Position numbers and translations under genes: made by a program | Notes under the pieces: generated by a model | What the model saw: the letters and a program-made list of their open reading frames with translations, nothing else | Told to the model about the DNA's origin: nothing | The model's database searches: none | NCBI GenBank assembly: GCA_015063605.1 | Contig: SVTV01000014.1 | Coordinates: 3,038-67,037 of the forward strand | Direction of reading: 5' to 3' | Source: Oscillospiraceae bacterium | Lineage (GTDB): Bacteria > Bacillota > Clostridia > Oscillospirales > SIG627 | DNA length: 64,000 nt | In this document: in pieces, positions 47,937 to 58,387 of the stretch | How the letters are laid out: every line of letters begins with the position of its first letter | How positions within the stretch are numbered: position 1 is the first letter of the stretch

Positions 47937-47954
47937 ATCACGCGGAGGTAAGAA

Positions 47955-48626
47955 ATGTTTAAAATATTGGTAGTTGAAGATGACAAGGAGCTTAATAAAA
48001 CAGTATGCTCATTTTTAAATAACAGCGGATACGAAGTCACCGGCTGTCTTAACGCTTCCGAAGCTTATGATGCCATGTATGAAAACATATTTGACCTTGT
48101 GGTCTCGGATATTATGATGCCCGGAGCGGACGGCTTTGAATTCGCACGAAACGTGCGTGAGGTCGATCGGGATATCCCCATACTTTTCATGACCGCCCGT
48201 GACGATATTGCTTCAAAGCAGAGGGGATTCCGCATCGGTATTGACGACTATATGGTCAAGCCTATTGATCTTGACGAGCTATTTCTCAGGATCGGCGCTC
48301 TGCTACGCCGCGCCAAGATAGCCTCCTCCCGAAAGCTTGAAATAGGAAGCTTCGTAATGGATGCCGATGAGCACACATCATACCTCGGAGAAGAAGAGAT
48401 ATCTCTTACAAACCGTGAATTCAGTATACTTTACAAGCTGTTGAGTTATCCCAAGAAAACATTTACAAGAACTCAGCTTATGGATGAATTCTGGGACGCC
48501 GATACGGAGACCGCCCCGAGAGCCGTTGATGTATATATGACAAAGCTTCGCTCCAAGCTTTCCGCCTGTGATGATTTTGAGATCAAGACCGTTCACGGTC
48601 TCGGGTATAAGGCGGTGATAAAGTGA
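47955..48626 (+). CDS. OmpR/PhoB-family response regulator
   Basis: 223 aa. The receiver domain has 'DLVVSDIMMPG' and the winged-helix domain has 'LTNREFSILYKLL...VHGLGYK'. Confidence 0.95.
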   Translation: MFKILVVEDDKELNKTVCSFLNNSGYEVTGCLNASEAYDAMYENIFDLVVSDIMMPGADGFEFARNVREVDRDIPILFMTARDDIASKQRGFRIGIDDYMVKPIDLDELFLRIGALLRRAKIASSRKLEIGSFVMDADEHTSYLGEEEISLTNREFSILYKLLSYPKKTFTRTQLMDEFWDADTETAPRAVDVYMTKLRSKLSACDDFEIKTVHGLGYKAVIK

Positions 48627-49696
48627 AAAGCCACATTTATATAAAAAGCATTTTAAAATGGCTCAATCATTATTTTATTTTCTTTTTGCTCGTTGCCTTT
48701 GTTATTACCTGCTGTACGGCATTATTTGTATCTATGCTGGCTGACAGCCTGGGAGTGATTCTGACAGAAGAAAATATCGAAGCTGCCGCAAAGATCACCT
48801 TCCTTAATGTTGCTCTTTTGAGTTTGATATTTACAATAGTAGATTCAATTCGCAGAAAAATAACGGTGGAACGTCCCGTAAAAACAATAACGGAAGCGGC
48901 GGAGCGGATAATACAAGGTGACTTTTCCGTTCGTATCAAGCCGCAGAGCAAATTCGGCACAGACGAGACCTTCAACAGGATCATTGACTGTTTCAATAAA
49001 ATGGCAGAGGAGCTTGGAGGCGTTGAAACGCTTCGAACCGATTTTATTGCAAATGTTTCTCACGAAATGAAAACGCCCCTTGCGGTCATGCAGAATTACG
49101 GGACTCTGATCCAAGACCCCAAGCTCAGTCATGATAAGCTTATGGAATACGCAAAAGGGATAACGGACGGTTCTCGCCGTATGGCTGATATGATGACAAA
49201 TATTTTGAAGCTGAACCGCCTTGAGAATCAGCAGATCTTTCCCAAGATCACAGAATTTGATCTCGGGGAGCAGCTTTGCGAGTGTCTTCTTGCTTACGAA
49301 AACGTTTGGGAACAAGGTGATATAGAGATAATAACAGACATTGATGATAATGTAAGGATCAAGGCTGACAATGAGTTATTAAGCCACGTCTGGAACAATC
49401 TTTTTTCGAATGCATTCAAGTTCACTCCTTCGGGAGGAACCGTAACTGTCTCATTGAAAGCTACCGAGCACCATGCCGTCGTTACGGTATCGGATACGGG
49501 ATGCGGTATGAGTCCCGAGGTGGGTGCACATATTTTCGAAAAATTTTACCAGGGAGATACATCACGCTCCGTACAAGGCAACGGCTTGGGTCTTGCACTC
49601 GTAAAACGCGTTGTGGACATAATGCAGGGTGAGATCAGCGTGGAAAGCACTGTAGGACGCGGCTCTGCCTTTACCGTAAAGATACGGAGGGGCTGA
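48623..49696 (+). CDS. sensor histidine kinase
   Basis: 357 aa with a GTGA overlap. Two TM helices and a HAMP-like region precede the H-box 'VSHEMKTPL', the N-box 'NLFSNAFKF' and the G-box 'GLGLALV'. Confidence 0.95.
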   Translation: MKSHIYIKSILKWLNHYFIFFLLVAFVITCCTALFVSMLADSLGVILTEENIEAAAKITFLNVALLSLIFTIVDSIRRKITVERPVKTITEAAERIIQGDFSVRIKPQSKFGTDETFNRIIDCFNKMAEELGGVETLRTDFIANVSHEMKTPLAVMQNYGTLIQDPKLSHDKLMEYAKGITDGSRRMADMMTNILKLNRLENQQIFPKITEFDLGEQLCECLLAYENVWEQGDIEIITDIDDNVRIKADNELLSHVWNNLFSNAFKFTPSGGTVTVSLKATEHHAVVTVSDTGCGMSPEVGAHIFEKFYQGDTSRSVQGNGLGLALVKRVVDIMQGEISVESTVGRGSAFTVKIRRG

Positions 49697-49697
49697 G

Positions 49698-50609
49698 ATG
49701 GACTACAAAAAGATAGGCAAGGCTTTGCTTTTCCCTCATATAGTCATCCTTATGATCCTCCTTCCCGTTTCCGCTGTATTCTTGGTATACTCGATGATCT
49801 TTTTGGGTACTTCATCAGTCACCGCCATTATTTCCTATGTGCTTGCATTTTATACGCTTACCGTATGGTGTCTCAGAATTCCCGATATCATCAATTTTGT
49901 TAAAAGGATCAAAAACGAAAACAAATATGTAAGAATATGGCGTAGCGATCCGAGGATCCGAGTAAACATCTCACTTCACGGAGCTCTCATTTGGAATATA
50001 GCTTACGCTTTCCTTCAATTCGGCTTGGGGATATACCATAATACATTTTGGTTTTGCTCCCTTTCGGCGTATTATTTATCTCTTGCGGTAATGCGTCTGT
50101 TTCTTTCACGCCATACAAGACGTAACGATGAAAATGCCGAAAGCGCGGAAAAAATGATCGGTGAGCTTTCCAAATACCGTACCTGCGGTATCATATTTCT
50201 TATAATGAATATTTTTATTGCTCTCATGACATTTTTTATGGTGTATTGGAACAGAACATTTCACCATCACGAGATCACGACGATAGCAATGGCGGCTTAT
50301 ACATTCACTTCCTTTACATTAGCCATTATGAGCATGGTGAGGTACCGCAAATATAACAGTCCCGTTTATTCGGCTTCAAAGGCAATAAGCCTTGCTTCAG
50401 CTTGTGTATCTATGCTGACTCTGGAATCAACAATGCTGACGACCTTCGGTGACGGTACCATGACACTTTTTGAAAGACGTATTCTTCTCGGAGTTTCCGG
50501 AGGAGCGATATCGGCTTTTATTATAACTATGGCGATCATGATGATAGTAAAAGGATCTGAAGGTATAAAGGCTATTAATACAAGAAAGTATTCAAAAGGA
50601 TCGGTTTGA
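49698..50609 (+). CDS. polytopic membrane protein, unknown function (co-operonic with the two-component system)
   Basis: 303 aa with about 8 hydrophobic helices. It starts 1 nt after the kinase stop. Confidence 0.7.
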   Translation: MDYKKIGKALLFPHIVILMILLPVSAVFLVYSMIFLGTSSVTAIISYVLAFYTLTVWCLRIPDIINFVKRIKNENKYVRIWRSDPRIRVNISLHGALIWNIAYAFLQFGLGIYHNTFWFCSLSAYYLSLAVMRLFLSRHTRRNDENAESAEKMIGELSKYRTCGIIFLIMNIFIALMTFFMVYWNRTFHHHEITTIAMAAYTFTSFTLAIMSMVRYRKYNSPVYSASKAISLASACVSMLTLESTMLTTFGDGTMTLFERRILLGVSGGAISAFIITMAIMMIVKGSEGIKAINTRKYSKGSV

Positions 50610-50620
50610 AAGGAAATAAT

Positions 50621-51022
50621 ATGGAAAATAAAGAAACATTCAACTATACCTACTCCGCAAAGGAGCAAGAAGAAATAAAAGCTATACGCAAAAAATATAC
50701 GGCAGAGGAAAACACAGAGGACAAAATGGCTCTTCTCAGACGTCTCGATTCTGCCGTTACTCATAAAGCCGCCTCAATTTCCCTTGTTATCGGTATTATC
50801 GGTGCTCTGATATTGGGAACGGGTATGAGCCTTGCAATGACCGAAATCGGGAAAATATTGGGACTCGGCACGGGTACAGCCATGGCATACGGAATAGCGA
50901 TAGGTATTATCGGCATCGTGCTTATAAGCTGCGCTTATCCCGTATACAACAGGATCCTTAAGCGTGAAAGAGCGAAGATCGCACCCGAGATCATCAGACT
51001 TTCGGATGAGCTTATGAAATAG
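50621..51022 (+). CDS. small two-TM membrane protein (paralog of 47076-47438)
   Basis: I prefer ATG 50621 (AAAGGAAA SD). The product is 133 aa. 'GIIGALILGTGMSLAMTEI' and 'YPVYNRILKRERAKIAPEIIRLSDEL' align with the upstream paralog. Confidence 0.7.
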   Translation: MENKETFNYTYSAKEQEEIKAIRKKYTAEENTEDKMALLRRLDSAVTHKAASISLVIGIIGALILGTGMSLAMTEIGKILGLGTGTAMAYGIAIGIIGIVLISCAYPVYNRILKRERAKIAPEIIRLSDELMK

Positions 51023-51026
51023 AAAA

Positions 51027-51066
51027 AAGAGCTGTCTAATTGATGTAAGGCAGCTCTTAGTATTTT
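51027..51066. terminator. bidirectional terminator between convergent operons
   Basis: 8-bp stem AAGAGCTG/CAGCTCTT flanked by an A-tract and a T-tract. Confidence 0.6.
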
Positions 51067-51082
51067 GTGAAGCTATAAGATT

Positions 51083-52393
51083 CTAAAGACTCTTCGCAAA
51101 ATTTGCAAAGTATTCTGTCCGCATATTGAGAGCGGGCATTTTTTCTTTTGTGCTTGCGGAGAACATTCCCTTTTCTATACCAACATTTGCGGCTTTCTCA
51201 TGACCGATAAGAGCGTATGTGGATGATACAAGATGCTTGTATTCATCGGAAAGGATCTTATCATTTGTAAAGCTCTGACGGGGAGAATTAATATCCTCAC
51301 CGCTGATCTGGAAAAGCTCATTTCTATCGCAAAGCGCCATAAGACGGCGAAGCTGTTCCGTTGTATTGCGTGAGGGCATATAAGTCACAGAATCAAATCC
51401 GCACTCTTTAAGGTAAAGAACAAGATCATCGAGGAAGCTGTCCTCAAAGGTCTGAGCCTTTTTGTCGCCCGTGACGGAGTCCCCCACATCACCGAGATAT
51501 GCGTAAGCGGAAATACCGCCCGCTTTTTTTGCAATATCTATAAATGTCTTTATATCGGGACATTCTTCATCCGCATCAACGTAAACGGACTTTATCATTC
51601 CGCTTTTAAGGATACCGAGAACGTCATATTCTATAAATTCAGGTCGGAATTCGTATATACGCTTTTTGTTGCTTTCGCTGATCGGGTATCCAAGATCGTT
51701 TTCAATGAAGGAAATGATCTCATCGGGAGTTTTCTTCTTTTCGAGTATCTTCTTTGTAAGAGCGAAAAGAACGTGTCTTTCGGTAATACTTCCGCCGTTA
51801 TCATTTTCGGACAAAGCCTTTACCTCTTCAAAAGTAATACCCATTCCCTTGGATGCAACGAGAGAATTGATCTTTTCGACCATTTTTACATTTCTTTCGT
51901 TTCTCTTTGATACGTAAGGAGCAAGGTATTCCTTAACAAGTGCAAAGCTTTGCTTCGGAATGCCGTGAAGCGCCACATATGCTACGGAAAGCTGATCGGG
52001 ATTATTGAGTCTCTTGCCTTCAAAAGGAGTATTCTTGAAGCTTATACGCTGTTCAAAGCCGCAGGTGGTCATAATAGAACGAACGCCTTCCGCTTTGTTT
52101 ATTATCTCACCCGCTTCGAGGAATTCCTCCGCACCGCTGATGGAATCGTGATCCATTATACCTGCGGTGGCAAGACCGTTTTTCCATGCGGTATACAAAG
52201 CCGATGTCGGAGAATAGGGCGAAAAGGAAAAAGTAGTGTGAATATGATTATTCACATGCTTTCCGGCGGGAGGAACTGCGACCTCGCCAATTGAATAAAG
52301 GGTCATGAGGTTTTTCAGAGCCTCCAGACGTTCTTCCTTTGTTTTCGAATTGAGCTTATTTTCAAGAAGCGAAGCTTTTTCGGATATATTCAT
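51083..52393 (-). CDS. PHP-domain protein
   Basis: The ORF track begins at TTG 52405. ATG 52393 is better spaced from the GGAG. 'NNHIHTTFSFSPYSP' and 'GIMDHDS' are PHP motifs. Confidence 0.7.
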   Translation of the reverse strand: MNISEKASLLENKLNSKTKEERLEALKNLMTLYSIGEVAVPPAGKHVNNHIHTTFSFSPYSPTSALYTAWKNGLATAGIMDHDSISGAEEFLEAGEIINKAEGVRSIMTTCGFEQRISFKNTPFEGKRLNNPDQLSVAYVALHGIPKQSFALVKEYLAPYVSKRNERNVKMVEKINSLVASKGMGITFEEVKALSENDNGGSITERHVLFALTKKILEKKKTPDEIISFIENDLGYPISESNKKRIYEFRPEFIEYDVLGILKSGMIKSVYVDADEECPDIKTFIDIAKKAGGISAYAYLGDVGDSVTGDKKAQTFEDSFLDDLVLYLKECGFDSVTYMPSRNTTEQLRRLMALCDRNELFQISGEDINSPRQSFTNDKILSDEYKHLVSSTYALIGHEKAANVGIEKGMFSASTKEKMPALNMRTEYFANFAKSL

Positions 52394-52411
52394 GATGTAT
52401 TTCAACTCCGA

Positions 52412-54391
52412 TCAATTAAGCATTGTCTGACCGCCCGTTACGGGGATAGCCTGACCCGTTTCGTAAAGCTGTTCGGTAATGTAGAGTATAGCTCTGACAA
52501 CGTCGTTGATCTCGCAGCCTCTCTTCATGGGAACCTTGCTTTCATAGAATTTTCTTACATCTTCAACAGTCTTGGCACCGGGAACCTTACCTGCCTTGAG
52601 ATACTGAACGAAAAGTCCCTTTTCGGGATCGGACCACAGAGGGCCGTCAAGGAAGTTACCGGGGCATACCGCATTGACCTTGATATTATATTCAACAAGC
52701 TCCAATGCGAAGGACTGTGTAAGACCTATACCGCCGAATTTACTGCCCGCGTAAGCAAAATTCTTGTTGCTTCCTTCAAGACCTGATTTGGAATTTATTT
52801 CAACTATATCGAAATATGTATTCTTCTTTTCGGAATGCTCATACTGAAGCTTCATTACCTCGGAAACGTACTTGACGCAGATGAAGTATGCAGTGTAATT
52901 TACATTTGTTACAAGCTCGAAATTGCTCTTTGTCATCACATCGAGAGATCCCGAGCGGACAATACCCGCATTATTTATAAAGAGGTCAATACCGCCGAAT
53001 ACATTGACGGTGTCTCTTACCATAGCCTTAACGGAATCCTCGTCGGTAACGTTTACCTTAACGGGAAGAGCCGTGAACGATCCGTTTTCTGAGTTGATCT
53101 CATCGGCGCAAGCGCATGCACCCTCGTAATTCATATCGGCAATAACAACATAAGCACCGTTATCTGCGCAAGCCTTTGCAATTCCCTTTCCGAAGCCCTG
53201 AGCGGCACCTGTTATAACAGCCACCTTATTCTGCAGACGCTTTGCGGCGGAATTACCCTTGAACGCCTTGGCTCTGTAGGATTCGACCTCCCAGTTAATT
53301 ATAAACTCGCACATTTCGTCGCTCATGTGACGGCAGAAGGACAAGGAGCGTGCATATATGGTTATCTTCATGCTGTCAAGAAGGAGTGACCATGTAGTGT
53401 CAACCGCCTTCTTTGTATCGCCGCAGATAAAGAATCCGAGACCGCTTACTGCGATTATCTTGGGAGGATATCCGTTATCCTCCTTGTATGCTTTGAATCC
53501 CTTCTTCAATCTGCTTATCGTTTCCGTAAGATTGTCGCCCGATTCAACGAACAGTGGGAACGCTCTGCAATAAACTATATGATCGGGAGTATAAGGTCTC
53601 TGAAGAGGAGCAAATTCGATGCTGTCGGAAATGAAGGTCATTGCCGTGTTATTGAGACGGAAGGAAACAACAGATGCACCCTCATCGCTCTGAAGAGCTC
53701 TTATAACGGGAGCAAGCTTTGCCGCCGTGTCATGATCTGCATATTCGTAATCATCGAAATCGTATGTATCGTCAATTCTGTCGGACAAGCGCTTTACGGT
53801 ATCAGCCATTATCTCATCGATCTCTTCAACTGTATCGCCTGCAACGAAAACACCGTGATTCTGTATAAAGAGAAGCTGAGCATCCTTTCCCGTAAGCTTC
53901 TTGAATTCGCTGAGAGCCTCATCGCATACAACCGCAAGCTTATAGCCGGGCTTTGTTTCGTCTACCCAAACGGCTTCGCCTTCGAAAATATCGTCGCAGA
54001 GTCCCGCGCCGTCAAATGCACAGGTCATACCGTTTATAAGAGCGGGATGAAGGTGGAGAACGTAAGAAAACGGGAAAAGGTTATGGAGAAGAGTCTCAAC
54101 GCTGGGACGCTTTGCGAATTCGCCGGGGAGACGGGAATCCATAAGATCCTTTAACGCCGCACTTTCTCTCTCATCATCATTTTCGGGATAGGCTTTTTCC
54201 ATCATATCGGAAAGCTTTCTTCTGTCCATGGCAACAAAGCCTTCTTCGGTGATCGTTGCAAGAGATGTACCCGAGCCCTTTATGTAAAGTGTGGTATCAT
54301 CCTTGAACGAGGTGTTACCGCCGCCCGCAAGAACATAATCGGGATTGGCACCGTATTTATTTGACATATTTTTCAATTCTAACAAGCTCAT
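52412..54391 (-). CDS. bifunctional class II aldolase / short-chain dehydrogenase (rhamnulose-1-phosphate aldolase/alcohol dehydrogenase-like)
   Basis: 659 aa. The N-terminus is aldolase-II-like. The C-terminal SDR has 'VITGAAQGFGKG', 'NNAG' and 'YAGSK'. Confidence 0.85.
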   Translation of the reverse strand: MSLLELKNMSNKYGANPDYVLAGGGNTSFKDDTTLYIKGSGTSLATITEEGFVAMDRRKLSDMMEKAYPENDDERESAALKDLMDSRLPGEFAKRPSVETLLHNLFPFSYVLHLHPALINGMTCAFDGAGLCDDIFEGEAVWVDETKPGYKLAVVCDEALSEFKKLTGKDAQLLFIQNHGVFVAGDTVEEIDEIMADTVKRLSDRIDDTYDFDDYEYADHDTAAKLAPVIRALQSDEGASVVSFRLNNTAMTFISDSIEFAPLQRPYTPDHIVYCRAFPLFVESGDNLTETISRLKKGFKAYKEDNGYPPKIIAVSGLGFFICGDTKKAVDTTWSLLLDSMKITIYARSLSFCRHMSDEMCEFIINWEVESYRAKAFKGNSAAKRLQNKVAVITGAAQGFGKGIAKACADNGAYVVIADMNYEGACACADEINSENGSFTALPVKVNVTDEDSVKAMVRDTVNVFGGIDLFINNAGIVRSGSLDVMTKSNFELVTNVNYTAYFICVKYVSEVMKLQYEHSEKKNTYFDIVEINSKSGLEGSNKNFAYAGSKFGGIGLTQSFALELVEYNIKVNAVCPGNFLDGPLWSDPEKGLFVQYLKAGKVPGAKTVEDVRKFYESKVPMKRGCEINDVVRAILYITEQLYETGQAIPVTGGQTMLN

Positions 54392-54479
54392 AATATCTTC
54401 CTCTCAGATATGGGACGCTGTCGGAATCACTTTTCCGTACAGTCTCCGCATTATTTATATGATTTGATTTTGAAAAGCT

Positions 54480-55676
54480 TTATATTCTTTTAACTATTTC
54501 GTCCATAAAGGTCTCTGTATCGACCTTAACGGCATTGGGATTGTTACAGAGCAATGTAAGGTCCTTTGTCATGATGCCGTCATCAAGCGTCTTGATACAA
54601 GCCTTTTCGAGCTTTTCAGCAAATTCGTAAAGCTCGCTGTTACCGTCCATTTCGCCGCGCTTATAAAGAGCACCCGTCCATGCGTAAATGGATGCCATGG
54701 GATTCATAACGGGCTTTTCACCCTTGAGATATCTGTAGTAATGCTTTGTTACCGTACCGTGTGCCGCTTCGTACTCATACTTTCCATCCGGACTTACGAG
54801 AACGGATGTCATCATAGCAAGAGAGCCGAAGGCTGTTGATACCATATCGCTCATAACGTCACCGTCATAATTCTTGCACGCCCATATAAAGCCGCCCTCG
54901 GAGCGGATAACACGTGCTACGGCATCATCGATAAGCGTATAGAAATATGTTATACCGAGCTTTTCAAACTCTGCTTTATATTCGTTTTCGTATATCTCCT
55001 CGAAAATATCCTTGAAGGTATGATCGTACTTTTTGGAAATGGTATCCTTTGTGGAGAACCAGAGATCCTGCTTTGTGGAAACGGCATATTTGAAGCAAGC
55101 GTGAGCAAAGGACTTGATGGAAGTATCCTTATTGAACTGACCCTGAATTACACCGGGGCATTCAAAATCGTATATTTCCGTTCTTGTCTCATTTTTGTTT
55201 TCGTCTTCAAATACAAGGTAAGCCTTTCCCTTTTCGGTTATCCTCATTTCGCTTGCCTTGTAAACGTCGCCGTAAGCGTGACGTGCGATGGTAATGGGCT
55301 TCTGCCATGTGCGTACAACGGGCTTGATACTGTCGATAAGAATGGGGGCACGGAAAACAGTTCCGTCAAGAGCTGCTCTTATGGTTCCGTTGGGGCTCTT
55401 CCACATTTCCTTAAGGTTATACTCCTCAACTCTCTGAGCATTGGGAGTTATGGTAGCACACTTTACGCCTACTCCGTATTTCTTTATAGCCTCGGCGGAA
55501 TCAATTGTAACCTTATCGCCTGTCTCGTCTCTGTGCTTAAGTCCCAGGTCATAATATTCGACCTTGAGGTCAACGAAGGGCAGGATAAGCTTATCCTTTA
55601 TCATCTGCCATACGACTCTTGTCATTTCATCGCCGTCCATTTCAACAATGGGCGTCGTCATCTGTATCTTTTTCAT
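54480..55676 (-). CDS. icd: NADP-dependent isocitrate dehydrogenase (eukaryotic-like homodimeric type)
   Basis: 398 aa. '[15 protein letters not shown]', 'KCATITP' and 'NYDGDVMSD' are present. Confidence 0.9.
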   Translation of the reverse strand: MKKIQMTTPIVEMDGDEMTRVVWQMIKDKLILPFVDLKVEYYDLGLKHRDETGDKVTIDSAEAIKKYGVGVKCATITPNAQRVEEYNLKEMWKSPNGTIRAALDGTVFRAPILIDSIKPVVRTWQKPITIARHAYGDVYKASEMRITEKGKAYLVFEDENKNETRTEIYDFECPGVIQGQFNKDTSIKSFAHACFKYAVSTKQDLWFSTKDTISKKYDHTFKDIFEEIYENEYKAEFEKLGITYFYTLIDDAVARVIRSEGGFIWACKNYDGDVMSDMVSTAFGSLAMMTSVLVSPDGKYEYEAAHGTVTKHYYRYLKGEKPVMNPMASIYAWTGALYKRGEMDGNSELYEFAEKLEKACIKTLDDGIMTKDLTLLCNNPNAVKVDTETFMDEIVKRI

Positions 55677-55696
55677 ATATTTTCTTTCCTTTCGCT

Positions 55697-58042
55697 TCAG
55701 TTATTGCCGAGCTTTTTGCCGTATTCGTTCATAAGGCATCCCGATACTATAATATCTCTTTCAGCCTCGGTAAGTCCCTTTATGTAAAGCTTGATATTGC
55801 GGTTTCCGTTTTTCGTTATTACAACTGCGTCGAATTCCTCCGCTCCGCTTTCAATGAGATCTCTTACGTTGGGAACGAATATATAATCGCCGTCCTCATA
55901 GCAGAAGCCGTCATTTTTGTCGATCGTAAAGGGAAGCATACCCCAGTTTATAAGATTGCTTCTGTATCTCTTGGTAGCATATTCGTAAGAGAGATTTGCA
56001 AGACCGCCCAATACTCTCTGACATGATGCCGCCTGCTCTCTTGCAGAGCCGTCACCCGGCTTGACCGCACATACCGCACTTCCGACGGAAGTATCGTCAA
56101 GGAGAGCCTTGGGATCGTCGGAGACCGTGGAAAGAGCGTTTATAAGCTCATCGGGATATTCTCCCGCAAGTCTTGCTTCCTCAAGCTTCTTTGTCGCCTT
56201 TGCTCTTGAAACGTATTCGGGAACACGTCTAGACAAAGCGAATTCGGCAAGCTTCAAGGGGTTGGAGCGGTAAGAGGATGTCTCACCCGAGGGAATAAGC
56301 TCGTCCGTTGTGGTAACGTCATCGTTTATAACGCATGCAACCTTGATAAGAGCATTGGAGGAAAGCTTATTCATCTTGGGCCAATCGGTTATATTGGGTC
56401 CGAAGCGAAGCTCAGCTGATGTATCGGGCTTTCCGTAGCCGTTGTATATTCTCTTTTCGTATATGGAGCTGTCGTAGTTATATTCCGAGGGCTCGTAATC
56501 ATAGCAAATATCGGTAGCTGCCGTCAATTCGCCTTGGTTTGCCGCCGTTGCCGCAATGGAACGTGCATCCATGAGAGCAACTGCCGAAAGCTGACCCATA
56601 TTGGGCTTGGAGCCTTCTCTGTTTTTGAAGTTTCTTGTGGTGTGGCGGATACTCATTGTATTATTCGAGGGAACGTCTCCCGCACCGAAGCAAGGACCGC
56701 AGAAGGCACTCTTCAGGATCGCACCGCATTCCATAAGCTTGGTGAGAGCGCCGTTTCTCGAAAGCTCGATATAAACGGGCATGCTCTGAGGATATACGCT
56801 CAGGGAGAAATAACCGTTGCCCGTGCTTGCGCCGTCAAGGATAGCCGCCGCTTCCATGATGTTTTCAAACGTACCGCCGGAGCATCCTGCGATTATTCCC
56901 TGCTCTATCATGACTTTTCCGTTCTTTACCATATCGGTAAGACGGAAATTGAGGGAAGCACCGAAATTCTCTTCCGCTTCCTTCTCAACGCCCTTGAGAA
57001 GCGTATAGGGATCTGCCTTGAGCTCATTTACCGTAACCGCATTGCTGGGATGGAACGGAAGAGCTATCATGGATTCTATTTTCGCAAGGTCGATAACAAC
57101 AGAGCTGTCATAGCATACCACATCATCGGGATATATCTTCTTGTAAGATTCGGGTCTGCCGTGTATCTCAAAATATCTCTGCACCTTTTCATCCGTTTCC
57201 CATATGGAGGAAAGGCAGGTGGTCTCGGTGGTCATAACATCGATACCGTTTCTGAAATCAACAGAAAGATTTTTTATGCCGGGTCCTGCAAATTCAAGTA
57301 TCTTATTCTTTACAAAGCCGGTTTCGAAAACTGCCTTGCACAAAGCAAGAGCCACGTCATGAGGGCCTACACCCATTTTGGGAGCGTTTTCAAGATAAAC
57401 GAGGACTACCTCGGGAGCATCTATATCGTATGTATCGGAAAGAAGCTGCTTTACAAGCTCGGGTCCGCCTTCGCCTACTCCCATTGTACCGAGAGCGCCG
57501 TAGCGTGTGTGGCTGTCGGAGCCGAGGATCATTCTTCCGCATCCCGTCATCGTTTCTCTTACATACTGATGAATAACTGCCTGATTTACGGGAACATATA
57601 TACCGCCGTACTTCTTAGCCGCGGAAAGACCGAAAACGTGGTCATCCTCATTTATCGTACCGCCGACGGCACAAAGGCTGTTATGACAGTTTGTCATTGC
57701 GTAAGGAATGGGAAAGGACTTGAGACCGCTTATTCTCGCCGTCTGGATTATTCCCACGTATGTTATATCGTGTGATGCAAGAGCATCGAATTTTATGGAG
57801 AACGCATCTTCCTTAGTGGATGAGTTGTGAGCTTTCAATATTTTATAAGCCATGGATCCGTTTCTCAGTTCTCTGTCCGTCAGATCAAAGGCTTTCTTAA
57901 TATTTTCGTTTCCGAGGCTTGCCGCATAAAGTGACGCCTTTTCACGTCCCTCAAAGCAAGGCTTGCCGTTTATGAGATATGTTTTACCGTTTAACTTTAT
58001 CATTATTTCGGTATCTACCCTTTCCGTAAATGTGAATACCAT
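55697..58042 (-). CDS. aconitate hydratase
   Basis: About 770-781 aa; the start is either 58042 or ATG 58003. 'GSDSHT', 'CGPCFG' and the C-terminal swivel domain '[10 protein letters not shown]' are present. Its stop lies 20 nt upstream of icd. Confidence 0.9.
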   Translation of the reverse strand: MVFTFTERVDTEIMIKLNGKTYLINGKPCFEGREKASLYAASLGNENIKKAFDLTDRELRNGSMAYKILKAHNSSTKEDAFSIKFDALASHDITYVGIIQTARISGLKSFPIPYAMTNCHNSLCAVGGTINEDDHVFGLSAAKKYGGIYVPVNQAVIHQYVRETMTGCGRMILGSDSHTRYGALGTMGVGEGGPELVKQLLSDTYDIDAPEVVLVYLENAPKMGVGPHDVALALCKAVFETGFVKNKILEFAGPGIKNLSVDFRNGIDVMTTETTCLSSIWETDEKVQRYFEIHGRPESYKKIYPDDVVCYDSSVVIDLAKIESMIALPFHPSNAVTVNELKADPYTLLKGVEKEAEENFGASLNFRLTDMVKNGKVMIEQGIIAGCSGGTFENIMEAAAILDGASTGNGYFSLSVYPQSMPVYIELSRNGALTKLMECGAILKSAFCGPCFGAGDVPSNNTMSIRHTTRNFKNREGSKPNMGQLSAVALMDARSIAATAANQGELTAATDICYDYEPSEYNYDSSIYEKRIYNGYGKPDTSAELRFGPNITDWPKMNKLSSNALIKVACVINDDVTTTDELIPSGETSSYRSNPLKLAEFALSRRVPEYVSRAKATKKLEEARLAGEYPDELINALSTVSDDPKALLDDTSVGSAVCAVKPGDGSAREQAASCQRVLGGLANLSYEYATKRYRSNLINWGMLPFTIDKNDGFCYEDGDYIFVPNVRDLIESGAEEFDAVVITKNGNRNIKLYIKGLTEAERDIIVSGCLMNEYGKKLGNN

Positions 58043-58175
58043 TTACCCATTATAATTTTCCGACAATATTATATCATAAGTACACTTTACCGTCAAGTGT
58101 ATACATGAATCTGAGTAAACACTTTTTTATTCTTTTTTATACTTTCTCAGGTTTCAACATAAGAACAGTTAGCTA

Positions 58176-58204
58176 TTGAAAAATGAATTTTTATATGTTA
58201 TAAT
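58176..58204 (+). promoter_or_regulatory. promoter of the mannosidase operon
   Basis: TTGAAA, 17 nt, TATAAT with TG at -15/-14. The leader is about 177 nt. Confidence 0.65.
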
Positions 58205-58387
58205 AAGCGCAAATAGCTGCAGTGCAAATAAATACATGTGCTTAACAAAATCGTGCGGCTGCGCGTACAATATTCCAACTGCTGCTATGACATAAGAAAC
58301 GCAAATAACCCGTGTTTGCTATTTACCGGTCAATGAATATAATATAATTGCGCTATAAAACTCATAACAGAGTACGGAGGGCTAAAC

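Noticed and set aside
55020-57775. Long plus-strand ORFs (255 aa and 413 aa) antisense to icd and aconitase
   Set aside because: The opposite strand carries clear IDH and aconitase motifs. These are antisense shadow frames with atypical composition and no ribosome-binding sites.
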